Shown here piece by piece: positions 29,640-39,183 of a DNA stretch of 64,000 nucleotides. The translations under genes were made by a program, and so were the position numbers. Numbering within the stretch: the stretch's first letter is position 1; each line of letters starts with the position of its first letter. This DNA comes from Myxococcota bacterium. Lineage in GTDB: Bacteria; Myxococcota_A; SURF-8. Location: the NCBI GenBank assembly GCA_963674735.2, contig CAXXQS010000002.1, positions 64,001 through 128,000 on the forward strand, written 5' to 3'. Under the pieces are notes generated by a model. It saw only the letters and a list, made by a program, of their open reading frames with translations, had not been told where the DNA came from and searched no databases.

Positions 29640-30792
29640 GCTTCCTCACTTCGCCAGTCAAAGCCGATCGAGCCACTTTTTCCGCCGCCGCTTCCCATGA
29701 AAACAGCGCCGCCCGCCTTTTTCCTTCGGCGACCGATGCGTCCCTGAATGCTTGGTCGAATAGCCCCGTTTTCAAGGCGGTTAACATACTGTTAGTGTCG
29801 TCCGGGTCGAATAATATTCCCGCTTTACCCACGATCTCCGGCAGCGATGAACGGTTCGCGGCCACCACCGGCAAGCCGCAACTCATCGCTTCGATAGCCG
29901 GAATGCCAAACCCTTCGAAACGCGATGGAAATACAAATAAATCCGCCGAGTTATAGAAATATTGTAGCAGATTTTCATCGACAAAACCAGTAAAATGGAC
30001 GCGGTCGCTGATTTTTAGCCGCTCCACTTCTGCATAAATCGCCTCACAGCCGCTCCACTCTCCGCCGCAAAAAACCAGTCGCTGAGCCAGTTCGGGGCTT
30101 TCGGCGAGCAGCGCCGCATACGCACGTAAAAGACCGACGTGGTTCTTGCCGGGATGCTCCAGCCGCGCCACGTAAAGAATGAACGGATCGCCAAACGGAA
30201 GGGAGCCTTTCAGTCGACGACGCGCCTGTTGCTTGTCCATCGGGAAAAAGCCGTCCGCCTCGACACCGTTCCAGACAACCGTCACCCGCGCCGGATCGAC
30301 CCCGGTGGTGAGGACCATATCGGCAGCCGTCGCCTGGCTGACGGCGATCAGTTGCGGGGTTCGCCGCCACAAAAGCGGCAGCACGCGCGTGACGTAAGCC
30401 GTCCGGAAGCGGTCGTATTTATTCGGCATATGGAAAGGCGCCAGGTCGTGCACCGTAGCCATGACACGCCCCGCCCCGCGTGGCGGCAAAAGGGTCATGC
30501 GGCGGTTTCCCGCCGGTAAAAACAGGCGGTCCAAACGGTGCCGTAGAGCCAGCAGAGGAAGCACGGACAGATGCCAGACCAGGTTGGTCGGAACAGACGC
30601 CCAGCGAGAATGAATCGGTACGAACTCGCCTCCGGGCCCAAGATCCAGCAGTTTGCGCTCTTCTTCGAACCCGAAGACAATCAGGTGCAAATCCGTACGA
30701 CGCGACAGATAGAACACCATTTTACGAATATAAACGCCGATGCCCGATTGGCCTCGTTCAAGCGGCATCGCCGACATGCCGACACGCATCAT
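29617..30792 (-). CDS. Glycosyltransferase family 4
   Basis: TVHDL; FPSRFEGFGIPAIEAMSCG. Confidence 0.95.
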   Translation of the reverse strand: MMRVGMSAMPLERGQSGIGVYIRKMVFYLSRRTDLHLIVFGFEEERKLLDLGPGGEFVPIHSRWASVPTNLVWHLSVLPLLALRHRLDRLFLPAGNRRMTLLPPRGAGRVMATVHDLAPFHMPNKYDRFRTAYVTRVLPLLWRRTPQLIAVSQATAADMVLTTGVDPARVTVVWNGVEADGFFPMDKQQARRRLKGSLPFGDPFILYVARLEHPGKNHVGLLRAYAALLAESPELAQRLVFCGGEWSGCEAIYAEVERLKISDRVHFTGFVDENLLQYFYNSADLFVFPSRFEGFGIPAIEAMSCGLPVVAANRSSLPEIVGKAGILFDPDDTNSMLTALKTGLFDQAFRDASVAEGKRRAALFSWEAAAEKVARSALTGEVRKHGGIVSA

Positions 30793-31997
30793 GATGGGCC
30801 TCCTTTGGGTTCGCCGCCGGATGAACGGCCCGCCATCCGGTTGAACAGGCGAATGAAGGCGCTTGCGTAATCCTCAAAACGGTAGTGTTTTTCCAAGAGT
30901 CTCCGCCCGTTGCGGCCCAGATCATGGGCCAGGCGAGGGTCTGCCAACAAGCGGTCGAGTTGCTCGGCCAAGGCGGACACCGAAGCAGGCGGAACACCCA
31001 GGCCATTCACGCCGTGCCACAACCAGTCGCGTATGCCGCCGACCGAAAAACCGACCACCGGTCGAGCCGCCGCCATGGCTTCCAGGCCCACCATGCCGAA
31101 AGGCTCGGGCCAGCGCGACGGCACCGCCACCACGGCGGCCTGTCGATAAAGGTCCAATACTTCCCCATGGGAAAGCTTCCCGAGGAACACCACCCGCTCT
31201 TCCAGCTTGAGCGTGGCGCAGAGCTTTTCAAGTTCCGGGCGCAAATTGCCCTCCCCGGCGATCAGAAGCCGCCAGGGACGCGCCAGACGGCTCAACGCTC
31301 GGATCAGAAGATCGGGGCCTTTGCCGCGTATCAACTGACCGACGAACAGCACGGTGGTCGTTTCAGCCAAGGTCGAGGGAGAAGTCACGGCCAAGTCGCC
31401 GGGTAAAGGCGGCAAAATGTGAATCGATGCAGGCGGCAGCCCATTGGCGACCAGTTCATCCCGCATGAAACGACTGGCGACCACCAGCGCATCCGCATTC
31501 AGATGGTCGTCCACATCCCGCTTTCTCTCCGCCAGACTCAAAAGCCGCACCCGTCCCGCGGCATCCTTGCCCAGCAGACACCCATGCATCACGCAGGCGG
31601 CACCGAACGGCCGCGTGCAAATCCGATGGGAGAGCGGGTAGTATTTATGGCGGCGCGGACACACCAGGTCGTGGTCGTGCACGACGCGGATAACCGGAGC
31701 GAAACGCTTCCAGTCGACGATACGCAGACCGCCGAAGGGGCGTTGAATCACGATGACGTCCGGGCGCGGCAGATCGGCGGCAAGCCGTTCAAGATCCTGC
31801 AGGCCCCCCAGTTGAACCCGATAGTCGAACGCACGGCCGAACTCGGGATCGACTTCTTCGCCTGAGGCGGTCAAGACGATCTGGCGCAGCCCCCCCTCGG
31901 CCAGCCCACGCGCCAACGCCACGGTATTGCGCTCGATCCCGCCGACCAGACGCGCATGCTCGCTGACATGCCAGACGGTGAAAGGCAAAGCCGTCAT
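30789..31997 (-). CDS. Glycosyltransferase family 4
   Basis: PSRWPEPFGMVGLEAMAA. Confidence 0.95.
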   Translation of the reverse strand: MTALPFTVWHVSEHARLVGGIERNTVALARGLAEGGLRQIVLTASGEEVDPEFGRAFDYRVQLGGLQDLERLAADLPRPDVIVIQRPFGGLRIVDWKRFAPVIRVVHDHDLVCPRRHKYYPLSHRICTRPFGAACVMHGCLLGKDAAGRVRLLSLAERKRDVDDHLNADALVVASRFMRDELVANGLPPASIHILPPLPGDLAVTSPSTLAETTTVLFVGQLIRGKGPDLLIRALSRLARPWRLLIAGEGNLRPELEKLCATLKLEERVVFLGKLSHGEVLDLYRQAAVVAVPSRWPEPFGMVGLEAMAAARPVVGFSVGGIRDWLWHGVNGLGVPPASVSALAEQLDRLLADPRLAHDLGRNGRRLLEKHYRFEDYASAFIRLFNRMAGRSSGGEPKGGPS

Positions 31998-33235
31998 CGA
32001 TGCGCCTCGATCACGTCCTGATAAACGTCCGTCAGACGCTGCACGATGGCCTCCCAGCGGTAAGTTTCTCGCACTTTCGCATGTCCCGCCTCGGCCAGAC
32101 GCGCGGCCAGTTGCTTCTCGTCCAGGAGACGTCTCAAAGCCGCCGCCAAAGCCGCCGGGTCGTTCTCGGGAACCAACAGGCCGTCCTGTTCGTCATCGAT
32201 CAAATGCGCCAATCCCCCCACCCGCGTCGCGACCACCGGCGTTCCGGCGCTCCAGGCCTCCAGCACCACAATGCCGAAAGGCTCATGACGCGAAGCCAAG
32301 GCGAACACGTCCAACGCCGCGTAGGCATCGGCCAACTCGCGGCCGCCGAACGCCAGAGGCGGTTGAATGGTCACGCGCTCCGCCAATCCAAGCGTCTTCG
32401 CCCGCGCCGCCAGTTCCGCCGCGTAAGCGGGGACGGTTTGCGGGCCGACCAGCAGCAGGCGCGCGTTGTAACGCAACGGATCGAGCCGCGCAAACGCACG
32501 CAGCAGATTCATCTGGTTCTTCTGCGGGTCGATGCGACTGATGCAACCGATCAGAATTTCGTCGTTCTTGAAACCGTGTTCGCGACGAAAACGCGCTCCG
32601 TCGCCATTTTCGAAGTCCTCCGCATGAACGCCATTGGGCAGATGTTCCACGCGCGTCCCCGGCAACGTCGCTTTCAAAGGCGCAACCTCGGCCGGATTGA
32701 CGCAGAATACGGCATCGGCGCGTTTCAGCAGCGAACGCGATCCCAAAACGGCGCCGATAACTTTTCCCCATTCCAACCGGCCGATCAGCGGCCTGGCCAG
32801 ATCGAGTTGCTCCTCGGCAGGAATGATCAAATAGCCTCCGTGCAAGGTGACGACGTAGGGCTTTCTGCGCCAACGCGCAGCCAGGGCCGCCTGTGCGCCC
32901 AGCCGCTTGATGGCATGCAGATGATAGATATCCACATTGGAGCGCGCCACCAGCGCCGCCATCATCGGCCACGACACCAGGTTCCCGCCCTTTTTGTCCA
33001 GGGCCAGACGCGATTCGCCATCGAGCCCGAGCACCGGATAGTGATACCCGAAGCGCTTCACCGCCACCCCCGCCACCCAGTCGTCGCCGGGCTGCGAAAG
33101 CGCCGAGGAGGCCCAGACTTCCGTATCGTGCCCCATCTTCACCAGACGTTGCGACATCTCGGCGATGACGGTTTCCGTCCCACCCCATTCATCGGCCACG
33201 AAACGGCGGGCGATTTGTAAAACACGCATATTCAA
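31994..33235 (-). CDS. Glycosyltransferase family 4
   Basis: SRHEPFGIVVLEAWSAG. Confidence 0.95.
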   Translation of the reverse strand: MNMRVLQIARRFVADEWGGTETVIAEMSQRLVKMGHDTEVWASSALSQPGDDWVAGVAVKRFGYHYPVLGLDGESRLALDKKGGNLVSWPMMAALVARSNVDIYHLHAIKRLGAQAALAARWRRKPYVVTLHGGYLIIPAEEQLDLARPLIGRLEWGKVIGAVLGSRSLLKRADAVFCVNPAEVAPLKATLPGTRVEHLPNGVHAEDFENGDGARFRREHGFKNDEILIGCISRIDPQKNQMNLLRAFARLDPLRYNARLLLVGPQTVPAYAAELAARAKTLGLAERVTIQPPLAFGGRELADAYAALDVFALASRHEPFGIVVLEAWSAGTPVVATRVGGLAHLIDDEQDGLLVPENDPAALAAALRRLLDEKQLAARLAEAGHAKVRETYRWEAIVQRLTDVYQDVIEAHR

Positions 33236-34464
33236 TTCCTCCCCGGCCGAGCGGCGCTAACCGCTTCACCCAGCCAGGCTTCGAGATCATCCACATAGCG
33301 ATCCATGTTGAAGCGCCGCCGCACGTCGTCCAGCGCACTTTGCGCCAATTCGCGCCGTTCGGAATCGTGGTCGCTCAACCACCGTAAACGCGCCGCCAAG
33401 CCCGCCGCATCACCCGCGTTGAACGTAAGGGCGTTGCGGCCCTCCGCGATCAGCTCGGCCGTGCCGCCACGCGTGGTGCTCACCACCGGCGTTCCGCTGG
33501 CCATCGCCTCCAGGTGCGTCAAACCGAACGGCTCTTCCCAGTCGGACGGGAAGACGAAGAGATCGGCCTCGCGATACAGGCCCGGCAGTTTTTCGCTTTT
33601 CACCCGACCCTGGAATAGCACCTTTTCCGCCACGCCGAGATCGCGCGCCAGCGTTTTCAATCGTGCAAGATAATCCGGCTCGCCCCCGCCGACGATAGAC
33701 AAATTCATCCGGCGGCCCTCGGCCGTCAACAACCCCAAGGCCTCGACCACCGTGTGCACCCCTTTGTAGTCGTGCACCTGCCCCGCGTACAGCAGCCGTA
33801 GCGGATCATGCAAAGCACCGGGGTCGGACTTGGCGGGAAAGCGTTCGAGGGGAATGGCCTGATAAATCACCCGTGCCCCTTCAACCGGAACGCCTTGGGC
33901 GATCAACCCGGTCTGCAAGGCGCGGCTGATCGTGGTGACCCGAGAGAAATCCAGCCCCTTCCAGGTCAGTCCTTTCAACGCGCTGCGATCGAGCGCCCAG
34001 GATGCCAGCTTGCGCGGTCGTATCTCAAACGGCGCGGGCCGATAATAGGCCAGATAGTCGTCGTTCAAGGTCAACGCGCAGGGAATGCCCCGTTCCGTCG
34101 CCGCCCGCCAGGTCCCCAACGACAAGCGCCGCTGGCTCCAGAAAAAAACCACGTCGGGCTTGAAAGCGGCGAGTCTGCGAGCGGTTGCCGCGCGATTGCG
34201 CCGGAAAACGTTTAAATGTTGCACCCGCGCACGCCCCAGCGGCTTCCCGAAAGGAACGATCAAGTTCAAGTCGCGCCACACGTTTCCAAACGGTTTCGCT
34301 CCGTCCGACATCGCGGCCGACGGTCCATCGGGACGGAAATCGCTGGTCAACACGGCCACAGCATGACCGCGCGCGGCCAATCGTTCCGCCACCTGGGCGC
34401 ACAAGATCTCGTAGCCGCCCAGCACCGCAGGCGGGTAGAGGTTGGAAACTATCAGGATACGCAT
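33232..34464 (-). CDS. Glycosyltransferase family 4
   Basis: YPPAVLGGYE; PSDWEEPFGLTHLEAMASG. Confidence 0.95.
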   Translation of the reverse strand: MRILIVSNLYPPAVLGGYEILCAQVAERLAARGHAVAVLTSDFRPDGPSAAMSDGAKPFGNVWRDLNLIVPFGKPLGRARVQHLNVFRRNRAATARRLAAFKPDVVFFWSQRRLSLGTWRAATERGIPCALTLNDDYLAYYRPAPFEIRPRKLASWALDRSALKGLTWKGLDFSRVTTISRALQTGLIAQGVPVEGARVIYQAIPLERFPAKSDPGALHDPLRLLYAGQVHDYKGVHTVVEALGLLTAEGRRMNLSIVGGGEPDYLARLKTLARDLGVAEKVLFQGRVKSEKLPGLYREADLFVFPSDWEEPFGLTHLEAMASGTPVVSTTRGGTAELIAEGRNALTFNAGDAAGLAARLRWLSDHDSERRELAQSALDDVRRRFNMDRYVDDLEAWLGEAVSAARPGRN

Positions 34465-34470
34465 GACCCC

Positions 34471-35643
34471 CTACGCGGCGTCGCCCACTTTACCCTTGAG
34501 GGGACGCACCATTAGTTTATACATATCGGCAATATGCCCGATTTCGGTCCCGATTTCACGATTCGACATCAAGGCCGCCGTCGAACTCGGTGCATCGGGA
34601 TGATACCCATGCATACCGGCGATCGGACGCTCCCCCATGAAACTCGGAACGATCAGATGCCCCTCGTCCAACAAAAAGAACAATTCGCCGTATTTATTGT
34701 GCGGAAAAACCGATCCAAACGTCTTCAGGTCGTCCCGGCTTAATATTTTACCATAGGATTGTTCCTTGAGCAACGCGGAGATCCCGTGGCGGGCGTCGTC
34801 GTTCATAAACCAGAAACGCGCCATGGTCGAATCGTACACCACGGCATAGTCGCGCCCGAAGCGGTAGGGCAAGCGCTTGACTTCGCCCCACAGGTCGTGC
34901 CAGTCGGTGACCTCGGCCATGCAATGATCGGAAAAGACGTACAGATCCACCTGCTCGTAGTTGGCTTCGGCCGCCTCGAACACCTCCTGAAGGCGCGTTT
35001 TATAGTGCGCGATTTTGGCGCGCGCCGCATCGCTGTCGGGACCGTGAATGTGCATGATGCCGTCCAGGTCGGCGTTGTAATTGAAGGCCCAGCGAATTTG
35101 TCCCGCACGGATATCCTCCAGCAAGGCCTGGTGGTTGCGTTCTTCCCCCACCCGCCAGTCGGACACGTGCATGGGGGTGCCGGTCAAGCGCGCCAGCGAA
35201 AACGCATTGTCCCCCGCCAGAATGCCGTCCGAGGCGAACAAGTCCTTCTTCTCGCAGTAATCGAACAGGTGCATGTAGTTGAACGGCATGTTGTAAATCT
35301 GAAAATACCCGCTGTAGCCGTACAGCTTTTTCAACGCCTGCGACAGCTTGTTGCGCACCCGTGCACGGGAGCTGATGAACTTCGGAATCAAGGCCAGGGG
35401 ACGCAAGGGCTTGAAGGGCGACTTCTCGGGTTGGAAGTAGTAGAACGAAAAATGCCCGTGTTCCTGGGGCATCCGGCCGGTTAAAATGGTGGGAACGGCG
35501 GTGGAACTGTAACCGAAAACCGACTTGAGCGGCTTGCGGTGCGGCAGCTTCTCGGTGAAAAAATCGGCTCCTTGAACGAGATCCCAACCGAAGGCGTCGA
35601 TAAAGATAAACAGGGATAAGGTTTTGTCGGATTTCATGATCAA
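34471..35643 (-). CDS. Alkaline phosphatase superfamily (nucleotide pyrophosphatase/phosphodiesterase-like) protein
   Basis: FIDAFG, YSSTAVPTILTG, DLDGIMH, FSDH, GMHGY metal and nucleophile motifs; no signal peptide. Confidence 0.88.
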   Translation of the reverse strand: MIMKSDKTLSLFIFIDAFGWDLVQGADFFTEKLPHRKPLKSVFGYSSTAVPTILTGRMPQEHGHFSFYYFQPEKSPFKPLRPLALIPKFISSRARVRNKLSQALKKLYGYSGYFQIYNMPFNYMHLFDYCEKKDLFASDGILAGDNAFSLARLTGTPMHVSDWRVGEERNHQALLEDIRAGQIRWAFNYNADLDGIMHIHGPDSDAARAKIAHYKTRLQEVFEAAEANYEQVDLYVFSDHCMAEVTDWHDLWGEVKRLPYRFGRDYAVVYDSTMARFWFMNDDARHGISALLKEQSYGKILSRDDLKTFGSVFPHNKYGELFFLLDEGHLIVPSFMGERPIAGMHGYHPDAPSSTAALMSNREIGTEIGHIADMYKLMVRPLKGKVGDAA

Positions 35644-37715
35644 TTCACCTCCTTCCAGAGGTGCAGCAGGCGTTCTTCCAGTTGCTGCGGGGCTCGTTCA
35701 TCCGGGGGAGCCGCCAACAAACCCGCCAACGTTTCGGCGGCTCCGTTGAACGCTCCGTTTCCGGTGATGTCCAGATGGTAGAGAAATTCCGGGACAGCCG
35801 CCCGCACACGATATTGCGGATGCGCCAGGTAGCGACGCAGGTCTTGACCGTCACTGGGCCAGCGACCCAGCCTCCGCCGGTTCTGCACGGCATTCACCAC
35901 GACTTGCGCCGATCGCACATGGGGCGATAGAAGTTTTTCGCCGTAATCCTCCCAGGTCGAAGCGCCGCGCGTCACTTGAATGAACCAACGGTGCGCTTCA
36001 TGGAAGAGGTCGCGCGCCTGCGTCCAAAACGCCTCCAGTTGGGCGTAGGTCGTGTTTTCGAACGCTGGATAAAAGCGATACTGCATGGCGGCGCGATAGG
36101 CGGCCTTGATGTCGTCGAAGCGCAACGGCGATTCCAGCTCCAACGCTTCCAGACGCGCCAGACGTTCCCGGTAGCTGTAGTGGTACAGCCCCAAACGCAA
36201 CAACACCACATCCCCGCCAGCCAGCAAGGCCTTGTATATATTGCGGGTGATGAAATCGAGGTCGTCGAGCGGCAGGGAATCGTTCGTCGTGCGAAAGGCA
36301 TCCAGATGACGACGCGCGTAGATCATGCCGATGGCGCGATTCATGAGCAGCCGTTCGCCCTCGTCGCTGGGAATCTCCGATCCGCGAACATCCGGCAGAA
36401 TGTCCATCGCCCGGCCCGATCCGATAAGCACCCGATTGCCGCGCCGTAACTCATACCACTCGATGCGCGGCGGCGCATTGCGCAGCTTACGCTCGCACAC
36501 GACCGCCACATCCACATCGAGACCCATCTCAGCCGTCGCTTCTTCCGCCATCGCCTCGATCGCGTGCCGGATCTTGGACATCTTCCAGGGCGGAGCGTCT
36601 TCGTAAAGCGCGTAGAGATCGTAATCGTTGTAGGGCTGCCAATGACCGTCCACCTTCCAGGCTCCCCCTTCGCGCCGTCCGTATCCGCCCCCCAACACCA
36701 AGGCTTTCGGCGGCTCGGGAAGCGCGGCGAAGCGTTCGGCCAGTCGCGCCATATCACGGTCCAAACGCGCTTCAAGCTCCGGCAAAGGATCGACCGTATA
36801 CTTGCCGCGCGTCGGCATGGCCACATCCGGGGCCGGTCGATACGCCGCGGCCAGGCTGTCTTTCAGACCGTCGCGCACGCCCAGCCAGCGGCCCAGCCCT
36901 TGCGCCACACGCAAACCCGGCGATTGCCAGATCGCCCGGGGTTCCTTTTCATCGACGGCAAAGGCGATATCGCGCACGACTTCCATGGCGGCCGGCAACA
37001 AAGCCTGACGCAGGAAACCGGCCTGCCCGGCTTTCAGGTGGAACATCCAGGGGATGGCGCTGCCTTCGGCGCGATGACGCTTCAAACTCTGGCGAAAGGT
37101 GTAATTATGCGAATGCACGGCAATGGAATCGGGCACATACACGATCCGCTTTCCCTGCAAACGGGCGCGGTAGGTCCACTCGCCGTCTTCCGTGGAGGTG
37201 ATGGCATCGTGGAAGGGATCCCGCTCCCACCAGGAGCGGCGAATCGCGCTGGCGGCCATGGAAAAGAAATGCGGCCAGGCGGCATGTCCCCGGCCGTCGC
37301 CGAAGGCGCGCTGGTAGTCCTTGCGAAACAAAGGCAGGGCGTCGTCGCGCGGAATCTGCTGTGAAAACGAAGCCACGACTTCCTCATCTTCCACCAGCGG
37401 AGCCAATAAACGCGACAACCAGTCCCGTCCGACCGGGGTGGCGTCGGCGTTGAGGAAGGTCACCCATTCGTCCTCACAAAGCCGCATCCCGAGATTGATC
37501 ACCCGTCCCGGGATGTATTCACCGGCATTGATATGATAAAAGGTTCCGCCCTTTTCCTGTAACACCTGCTGCGTTCCATCGGTGGAGTTGTCGATATGGA
37601 TCAAGGTCCACTCCACACCTTCCTGGCGGCTCAACGCTTCGAGCGTCTGCTCGACAATGCGCGGGCCATCGTTGAAGGAACGCATCACGATCGTCGTTTT
37701 AACAGTCATTTCCAC
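35640..37715 (-). CDS. GT2 (rhamnosyltransferase-like) fused to a Pol-beta-type nucleotidyltransferase-like domain
   Basis: GT2: FLNADA, TEDGEW, AVHSH; NTase: LVLGGGYGRREG...NDYDLY...DVDV. Confidence 0.8.
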   Translation of the reverse strand: MEMTVKTTIVMRSFNDGPRIVEQTLEALSRQEGVEWTLIHIDNSTDGTQQVLQEKGGTFYHINAGEYIPGRVINLGMRLCEDEWVTFLNADATPVGRDWLSRLLAPLVEDEEVVASFSQQIPRDDALPLFRKDYQRAFGDGRGHAAWPHFFSMAASAIRRSWWERDPFHDAITSTEDGEWTYRARLQGKRIVYVPDSIAVHSHNYTFRQSLKRHRAEGSAIPWMFHLKAGQAGFLRQALLPAAMEVVRDIAFAVDEKEPRAIWQSPGLRVAQGLGRWLGVRDGLKDSLAAAYRPAPDVAMPTRGKYTVDPLPELEARLDRDMARLAERFAALPEPPKALVLGGGYGRREGGAWKVDGHWQPYNDYDLYALYEDAPPWKMSKIRHAIEAMAEEATAEMGLDVDVAVVCERKLRNAPPRIEWYELRRGNRVLIGSGRAMDILPDVRGSEIPSDEGERLLMNRAIGMIYARRHLDAFRTTNDSLPLDDLDFITRNIYKALLAGGDVVLLRLGLYHYSYRERLARLEALELESPLRFDDIKAAYRAAMQYRFYPAFENTTYAQLEAFWTQARDLFHEAHRWFIQVTRGASTWEDYGEKLLSPHVRSAQVVVNAVQNRRRLGRWPSDGQDLRRYLAHPQYRVRAAVPEFLYHLDITGNGAFNGAAETLAGLLAAPPDERAPQQLEERLLHLWKEVN

Positions 37716-38019
37716 TCTTTCAGTTATTCGCCCTTCGATCGTTACGGTTGCGGGAAACGATCATTCATTTATACCGAAAAGTTCATCCCCTCCGAAAAAG
37801 CCGTCATTCCCCCTGAAAAATCCTCGTCATAACTGATGATAGAATGCCAAATATGTGCTGGCATTCCCGAAATCACGGTCAAATACAAGAATTCCGTTGC
37901 AGCTCATTCACCGTTTGGTTATTATCCTACGAATTGGAGTCATTTCGCAAGCCTTCAAAACGACGGGGCGACGTATACGGCCCCTTCGACGTTTGTAGAA
38001 ACGCCGTAAGGATTTTTCT

Positions 38020-39183
38020 GTGCGAGTTCTGATTGCTGAAGACGACGGAGTCATGCGCCGTATGCTCGAGGTGGCCTTGGGTCGCTGGGGCTATGACTAT
38101 GCCAGCGCCAAAGATGGCGATGAAGCCTGGTCGTTGTATCGTTCGGGCGACTACGACATGGTCGTCACCGATTGGATGATGCCCGGCCTGACCGGCCTCG
38201 ATTTCTGCAAAAGAATCCGGGAATACAACAAAGATCAATACACCTACATCATCTTGCTCACCTCCCTGGACGCCAAAGAGCATCTGGCCCAGGGAATCGA
38301 GCAAGGCGCAGACGATTTCGTCGAAAAGCCCTTCGAACCCACCGAGTTACGCGCCCGACTCAAAGCCGGAGCCCGTATCGTGGAGCTCGAACGCAACTTG
38401 GCGGCCTCGAATGTGAAAATGACTCGCGATCTGCAAAAAGCCGCCGCCACCCTCGAAAGCCTTCTACCTCAGAAAAAAGACCTCTTTGCCGGTTTGCAGA
38501 TCGAATGGTACTTCCGTCCCAGCACCTTCATCGGGGGTGATTTCTTCAACGTTCTCAAACTGGACGAAGACCACATCGGCTTCTACATGGTCGATGTTTC
38601 CGGGCACGGCGTTTCCGCCGCGCTGCTGGCCGCGACGTTGAGCCACCTGTTGCGTCCCATGCAGGAGCAAGGAGGCATCCTGAATCAGATCACCGACAAC
38701 GGCGAAGAAATTCTGCTGTACCCGCGCGACGTGGCGGCCAAGTTGAACCGGCGTTTTCCCTTCGATATGGAAATGGGCACCTTCTTCACGTTTTTCTACG
38801 GCATCATCAACCGACCCAAGCGCCGACTGCGCTGGGTGCGCTGCGGACATCCGAAACCCGTTCTGCTGCATCAGTGTGGATTGCTGGCCCTGGAACACGG
38901 CAACCCGCCCATCGGCATTTTGGACGGCCACGCGTTTGAAGATTTCGAAGTGGAATTAGAGCCGGGGGACAAGCTGTTCATCTGTTCGGATGGCCTGCTC
39001 GAATCCGCCAATCCGCAAGGCGAACCGTTCGGCGACGCGCTGCTGCACGACGCCATCCGCAAGCGTCACGGTCACCCGGTCTCATCCATCGTCGCGGCGA
39101 TCATGCATGACTTCAACGCCCACCTGGGTCCGGCGATTCCCGAGGACGACATCACCCTTTTAGCTCTTGAAATCACCGATTGA
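38020..39183 (+). CDS. Response regulator with PP2C/SpoIIE phosphatase (RsbU/RsbP-like)
   Basis: REC AEDD...TDWMMP; PP2C GGDFF, DVSGHGVSAA, SDGLLE, DDITLL. Confidence 0.95.
   Translation: MRVLIAEDDGVMRRMLEVALGRWGYDYASAKDGDEAWSLYRSGDYDMVVTDWMMPGLTGLDFCKRIREYNKDQYTYIILLTSLDAKEHLAQGIEQGADDFVEKPFEPTELRARLKAGARIVELERNLAASNVKMTRDLQKAAATLESLLPQKKDLFAGLQIEWYFRPSTFIGGDFFNVLKLDEDHIGFYMVDVSGHGVSAALLAATLSHLLRPMQEQGGILNQITDNGEEILLYPRDVAAKLNRRFPFDMEMGTFFTFFYGIINRPKRRLRWVRCGHPKPVLLHQCGLLALEHGNPPIGILDGHAFEDFEVELEPGDKLFICSDGLLESANPQGEPFGDALLHDAIRKRHGHPVSSIVAAIMHDFNAHLGPAIPEDDITLLALEITD

Noticed and set aside
37844-37864. ATGCCA-N9-TGGCAT inverted repeat as a sigma54 promoter for the GT operon
   Set aside because: No correctly spaced -12 GC element; the palindrome is too short to support a call
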